DNA from: an uncultured Chloroflexia bacterium | Lineage (GTDB): Bacteria; Chloroflexota; Limnocylindria; Limnocylindrales; CSP1-4 | Direction: 5' to 3' | Length of the DNA: 64,000 nucleotides | Assembly (NCBI GenBank): GCA_963749735.1 | Contig: CAVVNZ010000016.1 | Coordinates: forward strand, 81,885-145,884 | In this document: piece by piece, positions 55,225-64,000 of the stretch | Position numbering within the stretch: position 1 is the stretch's first letter | Layout of the letters: each line of letters begins with the position of its first letter | Program-made: the position numbers and the translations under genes | Notes under the pieces: generated by a model | Told to the model about the DNA's origin: nothing | Database searches by the model: none | What the model saw: only the letters and a program-made list of their open reading frames with translations

Positions 55225-56252
55225 GGCAAGCGACGCCTGGCATTCGAGCGCTGGACCCGGCGCAGGAGGGCCGCGTCGAGGCCCACCGCGACCAGGATCA
55301 CGACGCCGTAGATCGCCTGGAGCCAGAACTGCGACAGGCTCAACAGGACCAGGGCGTTCGAGATGAAGGCCAGGAACATCGCACCGAGGCCGGCCCCGAC
55401 GACGGTCCCCGACCCGCCGAAGATGTTGACCCCGCCGACGACCACGGCGGCGATCACCTGGAGCGTCACCCCGGACGCCGCAGTCGCGTTGATCGTCCCG
55501 AATTCGAGACCCCACAGCAGGCCGGCGACCCCGCCGAGCATCCCGCAGATCGAGAAGACGACGAAGGTCACCACGCGCGAGTCGATCCCGAGGATCTCGG
55601 CAGCTTCCGGGTTGCTGCCGACCGCGTAGACGGATCGGCCGAACGGCGTCTGGCGCAGCGCGATCGCCGCGACGATCACGATGACGACGGCGATGACCAG
55701 GAACACCGGGACGACCCCGAGGACCGTCGCCGCGGCGGGATCGGTGTAGCCCGGCGGCAGGTCGATCAGCGTCACCTGCTTGCCGCCGGCCACGAGGAAC
55801 GCCAGGCCACGGTAGATCGACAGGGTACCCAGCGTGGCCACGATCGACGGGACCCGCAGGACCGCCACCAGGAAGCCGTTGACCATCCCGAGGACGAGTC
55901 CCAGCCCGATCCCGAACGCCATCGCGGCCGGGACCGACAGGATCCGGTGGGCGACGATGTCTGCGACCACGAAGGCGACGAGGCCGATGACCGACTCGAC
56001 CGACAGGTCGACGTTGCGGGTCAGGACGACCATCGCCTCGCCGACCGCCGCGATCGCGATGATCGAGGCGAGCACGGTGACCTGGTTGAGGTTCGACGCC
56101 GACAGGAACTGCGGCGCCTGGGTGGCGACGAACGTGCCGAGCAGCACCATCACGATGACCAGGCTCAGCTCGCGCTGGCGGGCCACCACGGTCAGGAACC
56201 GCACGGTCGGACCGGGTCCCGCGGCGGGGCGGGTCGCGGCGAGCTCAGACAC
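55221..56252 (-). CDS. Sugar ABC transporter permease
   Basis: 343 aa from the GTG at 56252, overlapping the ATPase stop. It has NVDLSVESVIG and GGVNIFGGSGT. Confidence 0.85.
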   Translation of the reverse strand: MSELAATRPAAGPGPTVRFLTVVARQRELSLVIVMVLLGTFVATQAPQFLSASNLNQVTVLASIIAIAAVGEAMVVLTRNVDLSVESVIGLVAFVVADIVAHRILSVPAAMAFGIGLGLVLGMVNGFLVAVLRVPSIVATLGTLSIYRGLAFLVAGGKQVTLIDLPPGYTDPAAATVLGVVPVFLVIAVVIVIVAAIALRQTPFGRSVYAVGSNPEAAEILGIDSRVVTFVVFSICGMLGGVAGLLWGLEFGTINATAASGVTLQVIAAVVVGGVNIFGGSGTVVGAGLGAMFLAFISNALVLLSLSQFWLQAIYGVVILVAVGLDAALLRRVQRSNARRRLP

Positions 56253-57900
56253 CGGGCGTTCCCTCGTTCGCCGCGGGTCGCTCGTCTCCGGGCGCGTCGG
56301 CCCCAGCCAGCGCACCGACGGCCCGGTCGTCGGCCTGGCCGGTCGCCGCGAACATCACCCGTTCCTCGGACGCGTCCGCGCGGTCGATCTCGGCGGTGAT
56401 CGCCCCCTCGTGCATGACCAGGATCCGATCGGACATCGCCAGGACCTCGGGCAGGTCGCTCGAGATGAGGAGGATCCCGAGACCCGACGCGGCCAGCTCG
56501 GAGATGATCCGGTGGACCTCGACCTTGGCGCCGATGTCGATCCCGCGGGTCGGCTCGTCGAGGATCAGGATCCGCGGTTCGGTGGCGAGCCACTTCCCGA
56601 GCACGACCTTCTGCTGGTTGCCACCGGACAGGTCCGAGACCACCTGGTCGACCCCGGTCGTCCGGATCCGGAGCCGGTCCGCGTATCGACCGGCGACGGC
56701 GCGCTCGGCGGATCCACGGACGAACAACCCCGGGAACAGACGATGCAGGATCGGCAGCGTTACGTTCGACGTGATCGAGAAGTCGAGCACCAGGCCGTCC
56801 TGGTGGCGATCCTCGGGGACGTAGGCGATCCCCGCCCCCATCGCCGCCGACGGACTCTCGAATCTGACCGGCTGACCGCCCAGCAGGATCTCGCCCGCTT
56901 CCGGCCGATCGACGCCGAAGAGGACGCGCGCGACCTCCGTCCGACCCGCGCCGACCAGCCCGGCCATGCCGACGATCTCACCGGCCCGGACCGAGAATGA
57001 GACGTCGTTGAACGTCTCCTGTCGAGTCAGGCCGCGAACCTCGAGGAGGACCTCCCCGACCGGGGCTTCGACCTTCGGGAAGAGCGACACCGCACGTCCG
57101 ACCATGTGCCGCACGAGGTCGCCGGTCGTCAGCTCGGAGGTCGGCCTGGTCACGACGTGGCGCCCGTCGCGGAAGACGGTCGCACGGTCGCACAGGTCGA
57201 AGACCTCCTCCAGGCGGTGACTCACGAACAGGACGGCCACGCCCTGGTCGCGCGTCTGGCGGACGATCGTGAACAGGCGGTCGACCTCGTGCGCCGAAAG
57301 AGACGCGGTGGGTTCGTCGAGGATCAGGACGCGCGCCTCGAACGACAGCGCCTTGGCGATCTCGATCAGCTGCTGGTCGGCCATCGACAGTCCGCGCACC
57401 AGGGTCCCGGAGTCGACCTTGACATCGAGCTCCTCGAAGATCGCGTGCGCCGCTCGGCGCATCCGGCCCCAGTCGATCGTGCCGAGCCTGCCGCGCGGCG
57501 CGTGGGCCAGGAACACGTTCTCGGCGACCGTAAGGTCCGGGAACAGCTGCGGCTCCTGGTGGACGACCGCGATCCCGAGAGAGCGCGCATGCGCTGGACC
57601 GTGCAGCTCGACGACCTCGCCGTCGAGCCGGACCGAGCCGCTGTCGGGCTGGTAGACACCGGCCAGGATCTTGACCAGCGTGCTCTTGCCCGCGCCGTTC
57701 TCCCCGACGAGCGCGTGGACCTCGCCGGAGACCAGGTCGAGTGACACGTCGTCGAGCGCCTGGGTCGCGCCGAACCGCTTCGAGATCCCGCGGAGCTCCG
57801 CACGCACCGGCGTCCCGACATCGGGCCTTCCGGACGACGCCACGATCGCCGGCGCGCCGCCGGGCGGGCCGCTCGCGTCGGGGACGATGGGTCCCGTCAT
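56245..57900 (-). CDS. Sugar ABC transporter ATP-binding protein (duplicated ATPase cassette)
   Basis: 551 aa from MTGPIVP at 57900. It has two cassettes (GENGAGKST; LSMADQQLIEIAKAL; LILDEPT; LSGGNQQKVVLGKWL). Confidence 0.9.
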   Translation of the reverse strand: MTGPIVPDASGPPGGAPAIVASSGRPDVGTPVRAELRGISKRFGATQALDDVSLDLVSGEVHALVGENGAGKSTLVKILAGVYQPDSGSVRLDGEVVELHGPAHARSLGIAVVHQEPQLFPDLTVAENVFLAHAPRGRLGTIDWGRMRRAAHAIFEELDVKVDSGTLVRGLSMADQQLIEIAKALSFEARVLILDEPTASLSAHEVDRLFTIVRQTRDQGVAVLFVSHRLEEVFDLCDRATVFRDGRHVVTRPTSELTTGDLVRHMVGRAVSLFPKVEAPVGEVLLEVRGLTRQETFNDVSFSVRAGEIVGMAGLVGAGRTEVARVLFGVDRPEAGEILLGGQPVRFESPSAAMGAGIAYVPEDRHQDGLVLDFSITSNVTLPILHRLFPGLFVRGSAERAVAGRYADRLRIRTTGVDQVVSDLSGGNQQKVVLGKWLATEPRILILDEPTRGIDIGAKVEVHRIISELAASGLGILLISSDLPEVLAMSDRILVMHEGAITAEIDRADASEERVMFAATGQADDRAVGALAGADAPGDERPAANEGTPGV

Positions 57901-58781
57901 GACCCGATCCGATCGGGCTCGGCTGGCGCGCTCGGGTCGCTCTCGAGGCGCCCGGCCTGAGCGGTCCGGGCGGCCGACGCGTCGGGGACCAGGCGGACGT
58001 CGATCCCGCGTTCGATGAGCTCGCCGACCATCGCCGAGGGCGCCGCATCGTCGGTCACCACGGCATCGATCTCCTCCGTCCGACAGAACGTCGAGAAGGC
58101 CGAGCGCCCCCACTTGGTGTGGTCGACGATCGCGACGACCTCGTGGGCGGCGCTGACCATGGAGCGCTTGATCTGGGCTTCCTCGTCGGTGGCGTCGCTC
58201 AGCCCGGTCCGGATGGTGAACCCGGCGGCCCCGACGAAGGCCGTCTGGACGTTGATCCGCGAGAACAGGCCGTCACCGAGCTGGCCGACGACCGACAGGG
58301 CCTCCCAGCGGACCCGACCGCCCAGCATCAGCACGGTGATCCCGGGGTGCCCGGCCAGCTCGGACGCGATCCGCAGACCGTTCGTGATGACGGTCAGGTT
58401 GGTCCAGGTCCGTCGCCGCTTGAGATGGCGGGCAAGGTACAAGGCGGTCGTGCTGGCATCGAGGACGATGCTCTCGCCCTCCTGGACCCGACCGGCGGCG
58501 GCGGCGGCGATGCGGTCCTTCTCTCCGGATTGGAGCCGTTCCCGGATGTCGAAGGCGACCTCCGGGCCGTTGGTGTCGGGCGAGATCGCGCCACCGTGGG
58601 TCCGGACGATCCGGCCGCTCGTCTCGAGCGCCAGCAGGTCCTTCCGGATCGTGACCGACGAGACCGCGAACTGTTCGGCGAGTGCACTGACTCGGGCGCG
58701 GCCGTGCTCCTCGACGATGCGCGCGATGCGATCCTGTCGCTCGCTTGCGAAGACGTCGCCGGACTGTCCGTCGAGGCGCAC
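57897..58781 (-). CDS. DeoR-family transcriptional regulator (putative rhamnose regulator)
   Basis: It has an N-terminal HTH (VSALAEQFAVSSVTIRKDLLALE) and a DeoR C-terminal sugar-phosphate sensor domain. An ATGA overlap couples it to the ATPase gene. Confidence 0.88.
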   Translation of the reverse strand: MRLDGQSGDVFASERQDRIARIVEEHGRARVSALAEQFAVSSVTIRKDLLALETSGRIVRTHGGAISPDTNGPEVAFDIRERLQSGEKDRIAAAAAGRVQEGESIVLDASTTALYLARHLKRRRTWTNLTVITNGLRIASELAGHPGITVLMLGGRVRWEALSVVGQLGDGLFSRINVQTAFVGAAGFTIRTGLSDATDEEAQIKRSMVSAAHEVVAIVDHTKWGRSAFSTFCRTEEIDAVVTDDAAPSAMVGELIERGIDVRLVPDASAARTAQAGRLESDPSAPAEPDRIGS

Positions 58782-59043
58782 GTTGGGACTCCCTGCATCA
58801 TCGGAGGGACCGAGGAATTGCGATTGCGGAACACTAGTCGGAGCATTTGCGCACTGTCAAGAAGAAGATTGAAACCAAACGAAAGATGTGGCAAGGTGCA
58901 TCCGTTACCATGGCGCGAGCGCTCGGACGGGCCTCGAAGCATCGTCCGGACGACGCGCCGACCGACCGGCAGACGGCGCATCATCGTGGCCCACCTCCTC
59001 CGGGCGACGACGATGTCGCCGCCCGCCCGGTCGGTGGCCACGG
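58782..59043. promoter_or_regulatory. Divergent rhamnose control region (lower-GC core about 58820-58900)
   Basis: This is the only sizeable intergenic gap in the locus. Its AT-richer core carries ATTGCG ATTGCG ... ATTTGCG direct repeats. It sits between the regulator/transporter operon and the rhaI operon. Confidence 0.5.
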
Positions 59044-60240
59044 ATGACGCCCAGCGCGACGGAGGCGACGCGAGTGAGCCAGGACCAAGCCATCGCTGCG
59101 GGCATCAGGTCGCTGCGGATCGAGCTCCCGTCGTGGGCGTTCGGCAACTCGGGAACACGGTTCAAGGTGTTCGCCCAGCGTGGGGTGCCGCGGACGCCCT
59201 ATGAGAAGGTCGACGACGCCGCCCAGGTCCATCGCTACACCGGCGCCGCCCCCACCGTGGCCCTCCACATCCCGTGGGACAAGGTCGACGATTACGCGGA
59301 CCTCGCGCGCCATGCCGCGGAGGCGGGGGTGGCCCTCGGGACGATCAACTCGAATGTCTTCCAGGACGACGACTACATGCTCGGGAGCGTCTGCCATCCC
59401 GACCCGCGCGTGCGCCGGAAGGCCCTCGATCACCTTCTCGAGTGCGTCGACATCATGGATGCGACCGGGTCGCGGGACCTGAAGCTGTGGTTCGCCGACG
59501 GGACGAACTACCCCGGCCAGGACGACATCCGCGACCGGCAGGACCGGCTCGCCGAGGCCCTGGCCGCGGTCTACGAGCGGCTCGGTGCGGACCAGCGGAT
59601 GGTCCTCGAGTACAAGCTCTTCGAGCCGTCGTTCTACACCATGGACGTGCCCGACTGGGGCACCTCGTTCGCCCATTGCCTCCGGCTCGGTGACAAGGCC
59701 AAGGTCGTGGTGGACACCGGTCACCACGCCCCCGGGACGAACATCGAGTTCATCGTCGCGGTGCTGCTCCGCGCGGACAAGCTCGGCGGGTTCGACTTCA
59801 ACTCGCGGTTCTATGCCGACGACGACCTCATGGTCGGATCCGCCGACCCGTTCCAGCTCTTCCGGATCATGCACGAGGTCGTCCGGGCCGGCGCCATCGG
59901 CCCGGAGCGCGGCGTCGCGTTCATGCTCGACCAGTGCCACAACATCGAGCCGAAGATCCCCGGCCAGATCCGGTCGGTGATGAACGTCCAGGAGGCGACC
60001 GCCAAGGCCCTGTCCGTCGACGCGGCGGCCCTCGCGGCAGCCCAGCGGGCGGGCGACGTCCTCGGCGCCAACGCGGTCTTCATGGATGCCTACGACACCG
60101 ACGTCCGGCCGATCCTCGCCGACATGCGCCGGGCGGATGGGCTCGATCCGGATCCGATCGCGGCGTACGGCGGATCGGGCTACGCCGAGCGGATCGTCGC
60201 CGAGCGGGTCGGCGGCAACCAGGCCGGTTGGGGAGCATGA
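59044..60240 (+). CDS. rhaI: L-rhamnose isomerase (xylose-isomerase-like TIM-barrel type)
   Basis: It has IELPSWAFGNSGTRFKVF, HIPWD, LEYKLFEP, VDTGHH and DQCHNIE. An alternative GTG start lies at 59074. Confidence 0.85.
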   Translation: MTPSATEATRVSQDQAIAAGIRSLRIELPSWAFGNSGTRFKVFAQRGVPRTPYEKVDDAAQVHRYTGAAPTVALHIPWDKVDDYADLARHAAEAGVALGTINSNVFQDDDYMLGSVCHPDPRVRRKALDHLLECVDIMDATGSRDLKLWFADGTNYPGQDDIRDRQDRLAEALAAVYERLGADQRMVLEYKLFEPSFYTMDVPDWGTSFAHCLRLGDKAKVVVDTGHHAPGTNIEFIVAVLLRADKLGGFDFNSRFYADDDLMVGSADPFQLFRIMHEVVRAGAIGPERGVAFMLDQCHNIEPKIPGQIRSVMNVQEATAKALSVDAAALAAAQRAGDVLGANAVFMDAYDTDVRPILADMRRADGLDPDPIAAYGGSGYAERIVAERVGGNQAGWGA

Positions 60241-62285
60241 GTCCGGCCGACGACGACCCGGCGGTCGACCAGCTGCTCGAGCGCTCGCACCGCCTCGGGG
60301 CCGACCCACGCAACACGAACTACGCCGGCGGCAACACGTCGGCCAAGGGGCGGGCGATCGATCCGGTCACCGGCGATCCCGTGGAGCTCCTCTGGGTCAA
60401 GGGCTCGGGCGGCGATCTCGGGACCCTCGCCGCCGCCGGGCTGGCCGTCCTCCGGCTCGACCGGCTCCGGTCGCTCGTCGGCGTCTATCCGGGCGTCGAT
60501 CGCGAGGACGAGATGGTCGCCGCGTTCGACTACTGCCTCCACGGGCGGGGCGGGGCCGCGCCGTCGATCGACACGGCGATGCACGGTCTGGTCGATGCCG
60601 CCCACGTCGACCACCTCCACCCCGACTCCGGGATCGCCTTCGCGACGGCGGCCGACGGTGAGGCGCTCACCGGCGACTGCTTCGGCGGTCGGGTGGCCTG
60701 GGTGCCCTGGCGACGACCCGGGTTCCAGCTGGGCCTTGACATGGCGGTCATCCGCGAGCGCCACCCCAACGCGATCGGCGCGATCCTCGGGGGGCACGGG
60801 ATCACCGCCTGGGCCGACACTTCCGACGAATGCGAGGCCCGCTCGCTCGAGATCATCCGCACGGCCGAGCGGTTCATCGTCGAGCGCGGCCGGAGCGAGC
60901 CGTTCGGTCCCATCCTGGCCGACCACGAGGCGCTGCCCGAGGCCGAGCGCCACGCCCGCGCCGCGGCCCTCCTCCCGATCGTCCGCGGCTTGGCCTCGAC
61001 AGACCGGCCCCAGGTCGGCCACTACACCGACAGTGACGTCGTGCTCGACTTCCTCGCCCGGGCGGAGCACCCCCGGCTCGCCGGGCTGGGGACCTCGTGC
61101 CCGGACCACTTCCTGCGGACGAAGGTCAAGCCGCTCCTGGTCGATCTCCCGCCGACCACGCCGATCGATGCGGTCATCACCCGGATCAAGGAGCTCCACG
61201 GCGCCTATCGCGCCGACTACGCCGCGTACTACCAGCGCCACGCGGACGCCGGCAGCCCGCCGATGCGGGGCGCGGACCCCGCCATCGTCCTCGTCCCGGG
61301 CGTCGGGATGTTCAGCTTCGGTCCCAACAAGCAGACCGCCCGCGTGGCCGGCGAGTTCTACGTCAACGCCATCAACGTGATGCGCGGTGCCGAGGCGCTG
61401 TCGACCTACGCGCCGATCGCGGAGTCGGAGAAGTTCCGGATCGAATACTGGGCGCTCGAGGAGGCCAAGCTCGCCCGGCTGCCCCGGCCCAAGCCGCTCG
61501 CCGCCCGGGTCGCGTTCGTGACCGGCGCCGGGTCGGGCATCGGCCGGGCGATCGCCCTGCGGCTGGCGGCCGAGGGCGCCTGCGTGGTCGTCGCCGACAT
61601 CGACGGCGACAGCGCGCGCACGGTGGCCGCCGAGATCGGCGGCCCGGATGTCGCGATCCCCTTGTCGGTCGACGTCACCGACGAGGCGATGGTCACCGCG
61701 GGTCTGCAGGCCGCCGTGCTGGCGTTCGGCGGAGTGGACCTGGTCGTCAACAACGCCGGTCTGTCGATCTCGAAGCCGCTGCTCGAGACGACGCTGGCCG
61801 ACTGGGACCTCCAGCACGACGTCATGGCCCGCGGCTCGTTCCTGGTGTCCCGCGAGGCGGCCCGGATCATGATCGAGCAGGGCCTCGGCGGCGACCTCGT
61901 CTACATCGTCAGCAAGAACGCCCTGTTCGCCGGGCCGAACAACGTCGCCTACGGCGCATCGAAGGCCGACCAGGCCCACCAGGTCCGGTTGCTGGCCGCC
62001 GAGCTCGGGGCGCACGGGATCCGGGTCAACGGGGTGAACCCGGACGGCGTCGTCCGAGGCTCCGGGATCTTCGCCAAGGGCTGGGGCGCGGATCGCGCCC
62101 GGACGTACGGCATCCCGGAGGACAAGCTGGGCGAGTTCTACGCGCAACGGACGCTGCTCAAGCAGGAGGTCCTGCCGGAGCACGTGGCCAGCGCGGTGTT
62201 CGCCCTGACGGGCGGCGAGCTGAGCCAGACGACCGGGCTTCACATCCCCGTCGACGCGGGCGTCGCGGCGGCCTTCCTGCGGTGA
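60237..62285 (+). CDS. Bifunctional rhamnulose-1-phosphate aldolase / short-chain dehydrogenase (RhaEW type)
   Basis: An ATGA overlap links it to rhaI. The N-terminal class-II aldolase domain has NYAGGNTSAKG and VKGSGGDLG. The C-terminal SDR has VTGAGSGIGRA and YGASKADQAH. Confidence 0.88.
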   Translation: MSPADDDPAVDQLLERSHRLGADPRNTNYAGGNTSAKGRAIDPVTGDPVELLWVKGSGGDLGTLAAAGLAVLRLDRLRSLVGVYPGVDREDEMVAAFDYCLHGRGGAAPSIDTAMHGLVDAAHVDHLHPDSGIAFATAADGEALTGDCFGGRVAWVPWRRPGFQLGLDMAVIRERHPNAIGAILGGHGITAWADTSDECEARSLEIIRTAERFIVERGRSEPFGPILADHEALPEAERHARAAALLPIVRGLASTDRPQVGHYTDSDVVLDFLARAEHPRLAGLGTSCPDHFLRTKVKPLLVDLPPTTPIDAVITRIKELHGAYRADYAAYYQRHADAGSPPMRGADPAIVLVPGVGMFSFGPNKQTARVAGEFYVNAINVMRGAEALSTYAPIAESEKFRIEYWALEEAKLARLPRPKPLAARVAFVTGAGSGIGRAIALRLAAEGACVVVADIDGDSARTVAAEIGGPDVAIPLSVDVTDEAMVTAGLQAAVLAFGGVDLVVNNAGLSISKPLLETTLADWDLQHDVMARGSFLVSREAARIMIEQGLGGDLVYIVSKNALFAGPNNVAYGASKADQAHQVRLLAAELGAHGIRVNGVNPDGVVRGSGIFAKGWGADRARTYGIPEDKLGEFYAQRTLLKQEVLPEHVASAVFALTGGELSQTTGLHIPVDAGVAAAFLR

Positions 62286-63727
62286 CCGGCGGGCTCGTCG
62301 CGGCCGTCGATCTCGGCGCCTCGAGCGGTCGGGTCATGGTCGGACGGGTCGGCCCGGATGAGCTGGAGCTGACCGAGCTCCACCGCTTCGGCAACGACCC
62401 GGTCCGGCTGCCCGATGGGCTCCATTGGGACGCCCTGCGGCTGCATCGGGAGATCCTCGTCGGACTGCGCCTCGCGGTCCGCGCGGCGCCCGACCTGGTC
62501 AGCGTCGGCCTCGACTCGTGGGCGATCGACTACGGTCTCCTCGATCGGCTCGGCGTGCTGCTCGGCGACCCGTACCACTATCGCGACGATCGGAACGCGG
62601 CGGCCGTGCCCGCGGTCCACGCCAGGATCGCCCAGCGTGAGCTGTACGCCCGGACGGGGCTCCAGTTCCTCCCGTTCACCACGATCTACCAGCTCGAGGC
62701 CGCCCGCGGTTCGTCGCTGCTGGCCGCCGCCGCCCGGATGCTCCTGATCCCCGACCTCCTGGGGTACTGGCTGGCCGGCGGACAGGTCGCCGAGATCACG
62801 AATGCCTCGACGACCGGGTTGCTCGACATCCATCGACGGACCTGGGACACGGAGCTGATCGCCACGCTCGGTCTGCCCGACGGGCTGTTCCCGAGGCTCG
62901 GCTCGCCGGGCGAGGTCATCGGCCCGCTCCGCGACGAGGTCAGGGCCGAGACCGGCATGTCCGACGCGACGATGCTGACGCTGGTCGGGTCGCACGACAC
63001 CGCGTCCGCCGTGGTGGCGGTGCCGGCCGGCGACCGTCCGTTCGCGTACGTCGCGTGTGGGACGTGGTCGCTCGTCGGGGTCGAGCTCGACGGCCCGATC
63101 CTGTCCGAGGAGAGCCGGCTGGCCAACTTCACCAATGAGGGCGGGGTCGACGACCGCATCCGCTATCTGCGCAACGTGATGGGCCTGTGGCTCCTCCAGG
63201 AGTCGCTCCGGACGTGGGAGCTGGACGGCAGTCCCGAACGCCTGTCGGACGTACTGATCGCCGCCGCTGAGCTCCCCGACGGCGGGCCGGTCATCGACCC
63301 GGACGATCCGGCGTTCCTCCCTCCCGGGGACATGCCGGCCCGGATCCTGGCAGCGTGCCGGGCCACGGACCAGCTCGAGCCGACGACGCGGCCGGGCGTC
63401 GTCCGGTGCGTCCTCGATAGCCTGGCGGCCGCGTATGGCCGAGCCGTCCGCGATGCCGTCCGGCTGTCCGGTCGCGACGTCGAGGTCGTCCACCTGGTCG
63501 GCGGCGGAGCCCGCAATGCGCTGCTGTGCCAGCTGACGGCGGATGCCTGCGCGCTGCCGGTCGTGGCCGGTCCGGTCGAGGCCACCGCGCTGGGGAACGT
63601 TCTCGTCCAGGCACGCGCGCACGGGCTCATCGCGGGCGATCTCGAGCGGCTGCGCGCCCTCGTGCTGGCGACGCAGGACGTCCGCCGCTTCGAGCCACGG
63701 ACCCGGACCGCGCGGGGCGTAGGCTGA
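62282..63727 (+). CDS. rhaB: Rhamnulokinase (FGGY family)
   Basis: The GTG at 62282 overlaps the upstream stop. It has VAAVDLGASSGRVMVG, DSWAIDYGLLD, GSHDTASAV and VGGGARNALLCQ. Confidence 0.88.
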   Translation: MTGGLVAAVDLGASSGRVMVGRVGPDELELTELHRFGNDPVRLPDGLHWDALRLHREILVGLRLAVRAAPDLVSVGLDSWAIDYGLLDRLGVLLGDPYHYRDDRNAAAVPAVHARIAQRELYARTGLQFLPFTTIYQLEAARGSSLLAAAARMLLIPDLLGYWLAGGQVAEITNASTTGLLDIHRRTWDTELIATLGLPDGLFPRLGSPGEVIGPLRDEVRAETGMSDATMLTLVGSHDTASAVVAVPAGDRPFAYVACGTWSLVGVELDGPILSEESRLANFTNEGGVDDRIRYLRNVMGLWLLQESLRTWELDGSPERLSDVLIAAAELPDGGPVIDPDDPAFLPPGDMPARILAACRATDQLEPTTRPGVVRCVLDSLAAAYGRAVRDAVRLSGRDVEVVHLVGGGARNALLCQLTADACALPVVAGPVEATALGNVLVQARAHGLIAGDLERLRALVLATQDVRRFEPRTRTARGVG

Positions 63728-63731
63728 CGCG

Positions 63732-64000
63732 ATGCGGATCGCCCTGTTCATCACCTGCTTCAACGACGCGCTGTTCCCGGAGGTCGGCCAGGCGGTCGTC
63801 CGCCTCCTCCGTCGCCTGGGACACGAGGTCGAGTTCCCGGCGACGCAGACCTGCTGCGGACAGATGCACTTCAACTCGGGCTACCGGGAGGCCTGCATCC
63901 CCCTCGTCGACGGGTTCACCGCCGCGTTCGCGGGCTACGACGCCGTCGTGACGCCGTCACCGTCGTGTGCCGCGATGGTCCGCCACCATCACGCGACGGT
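63732..64000 (+). CDS. lutA: LutA/LldE-type (Fe-S)-binding lactate-utilisation protein (5' part; runs off the right edge)
   Basis: My own translation gives MRIALFITCFNDALFPEVGQAVVRLLRRLGHEVEFPATQTCCGQMHFNSGY...PSPSCAAMV, which contains the CCG-domain motifs. It is not in the track because there is no stop in the window. Confidence 0.8.
   Translation, partial: MRIALFITCFNDALFPEVGQAVVRLLRRLGHEVEFPATQTCCGQMHFNSGYREACIPLVDGFTAAFAGYDAVVTPSPSCAAMVRHHHAT

Noticed and set aside
58847-59047. 66-aa ORF in the rhamnose intergenic region
   Set aside because: It starts in the AT-richer promoter core, has Lys/Arg-rich then Pro/Asp-rich composition, and has neither a ribosome-binding site nor a motif. It overlaps the likely rhaI 5' region.
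1-64000. tRNA, rRNA and riboswitch-like elements in intergenic gaps
   Set aside because: The intergenic regions are short, mostly under 150 bp. Those I read (4396-4509, 17263-17363, 46009-46155, 58782-59043) show no cloverleaf-compatible or conserved riboswitch sequence. A covariance-model scan would be needed to be sure.

Overview
This is a 64 kb stretch of very high-G+C chromosome. Spot counts give about 46 of 60 G+C in ordinary genes, and codons strongly prefer G or C at the third position. All family calls come from reading motifs in the translations; no searches were run.

I support about 58 protein-coding genes. I saw no rRNA, tRNA or CRISPR array. Gene content suggests an Actinomycetota-like organism: the SCO1664-family / DUF3090 / MSMEG_4193-type phosphomutase trio, a UvrD-like helicase with an HRDC tail, and an RhaI-RhaEW-RhaB rhamnose pathway.

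Left to right, the window contains:
- a RecB-like nuclease (partial), RidA and a tethered cupredoxin
- an aminotransferase, a YibE/F membrane protein, a UvrD-like helicase and a DEAD-box helicase
- an AgpS-like flavoenzyme coupled to an FGGY kinase
- a small lower-GC islet with a truncated serine recombinase and a methyltransferase
- the conserved kinase-like / DUF3090 / phosphomutase trio and a thermonuclease
- a copper locus (CopC-CopD fusion, cytochrome c)
- a DrrAB-like ABC exporter and an acyl-CoA synthetase
- a NOX-like reductase / FMN-binding / ApbE module
- a MacAB-like efflux operon with a Gly/Asn-rich accessory protein and a two-component system
- a GAF-GGDEF cyclase and a YhaO/YhaN-like (SbcD/SbcC-like) pair
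- a Rieske oxygenase, a PLP enzyme, an M14 carboxypeptidase and a YceI-like protein
- a complete L-rhamnose transport and catabolism locus running into lutA

No known defence system is recognisable. The items most worth a second look are:
- five single-base frame disruptions in otherwise intact genes
- an SMC/Rad50-like ATPase with a membrane hairpin where the coiled-coil apex should be
- the NOX-like flavinylation module, whose ApbE has no export signal
- the efflux adaptor gene, which has no in-frame stop
- the recombinase islet
- a pair of uncharacterised paralogues
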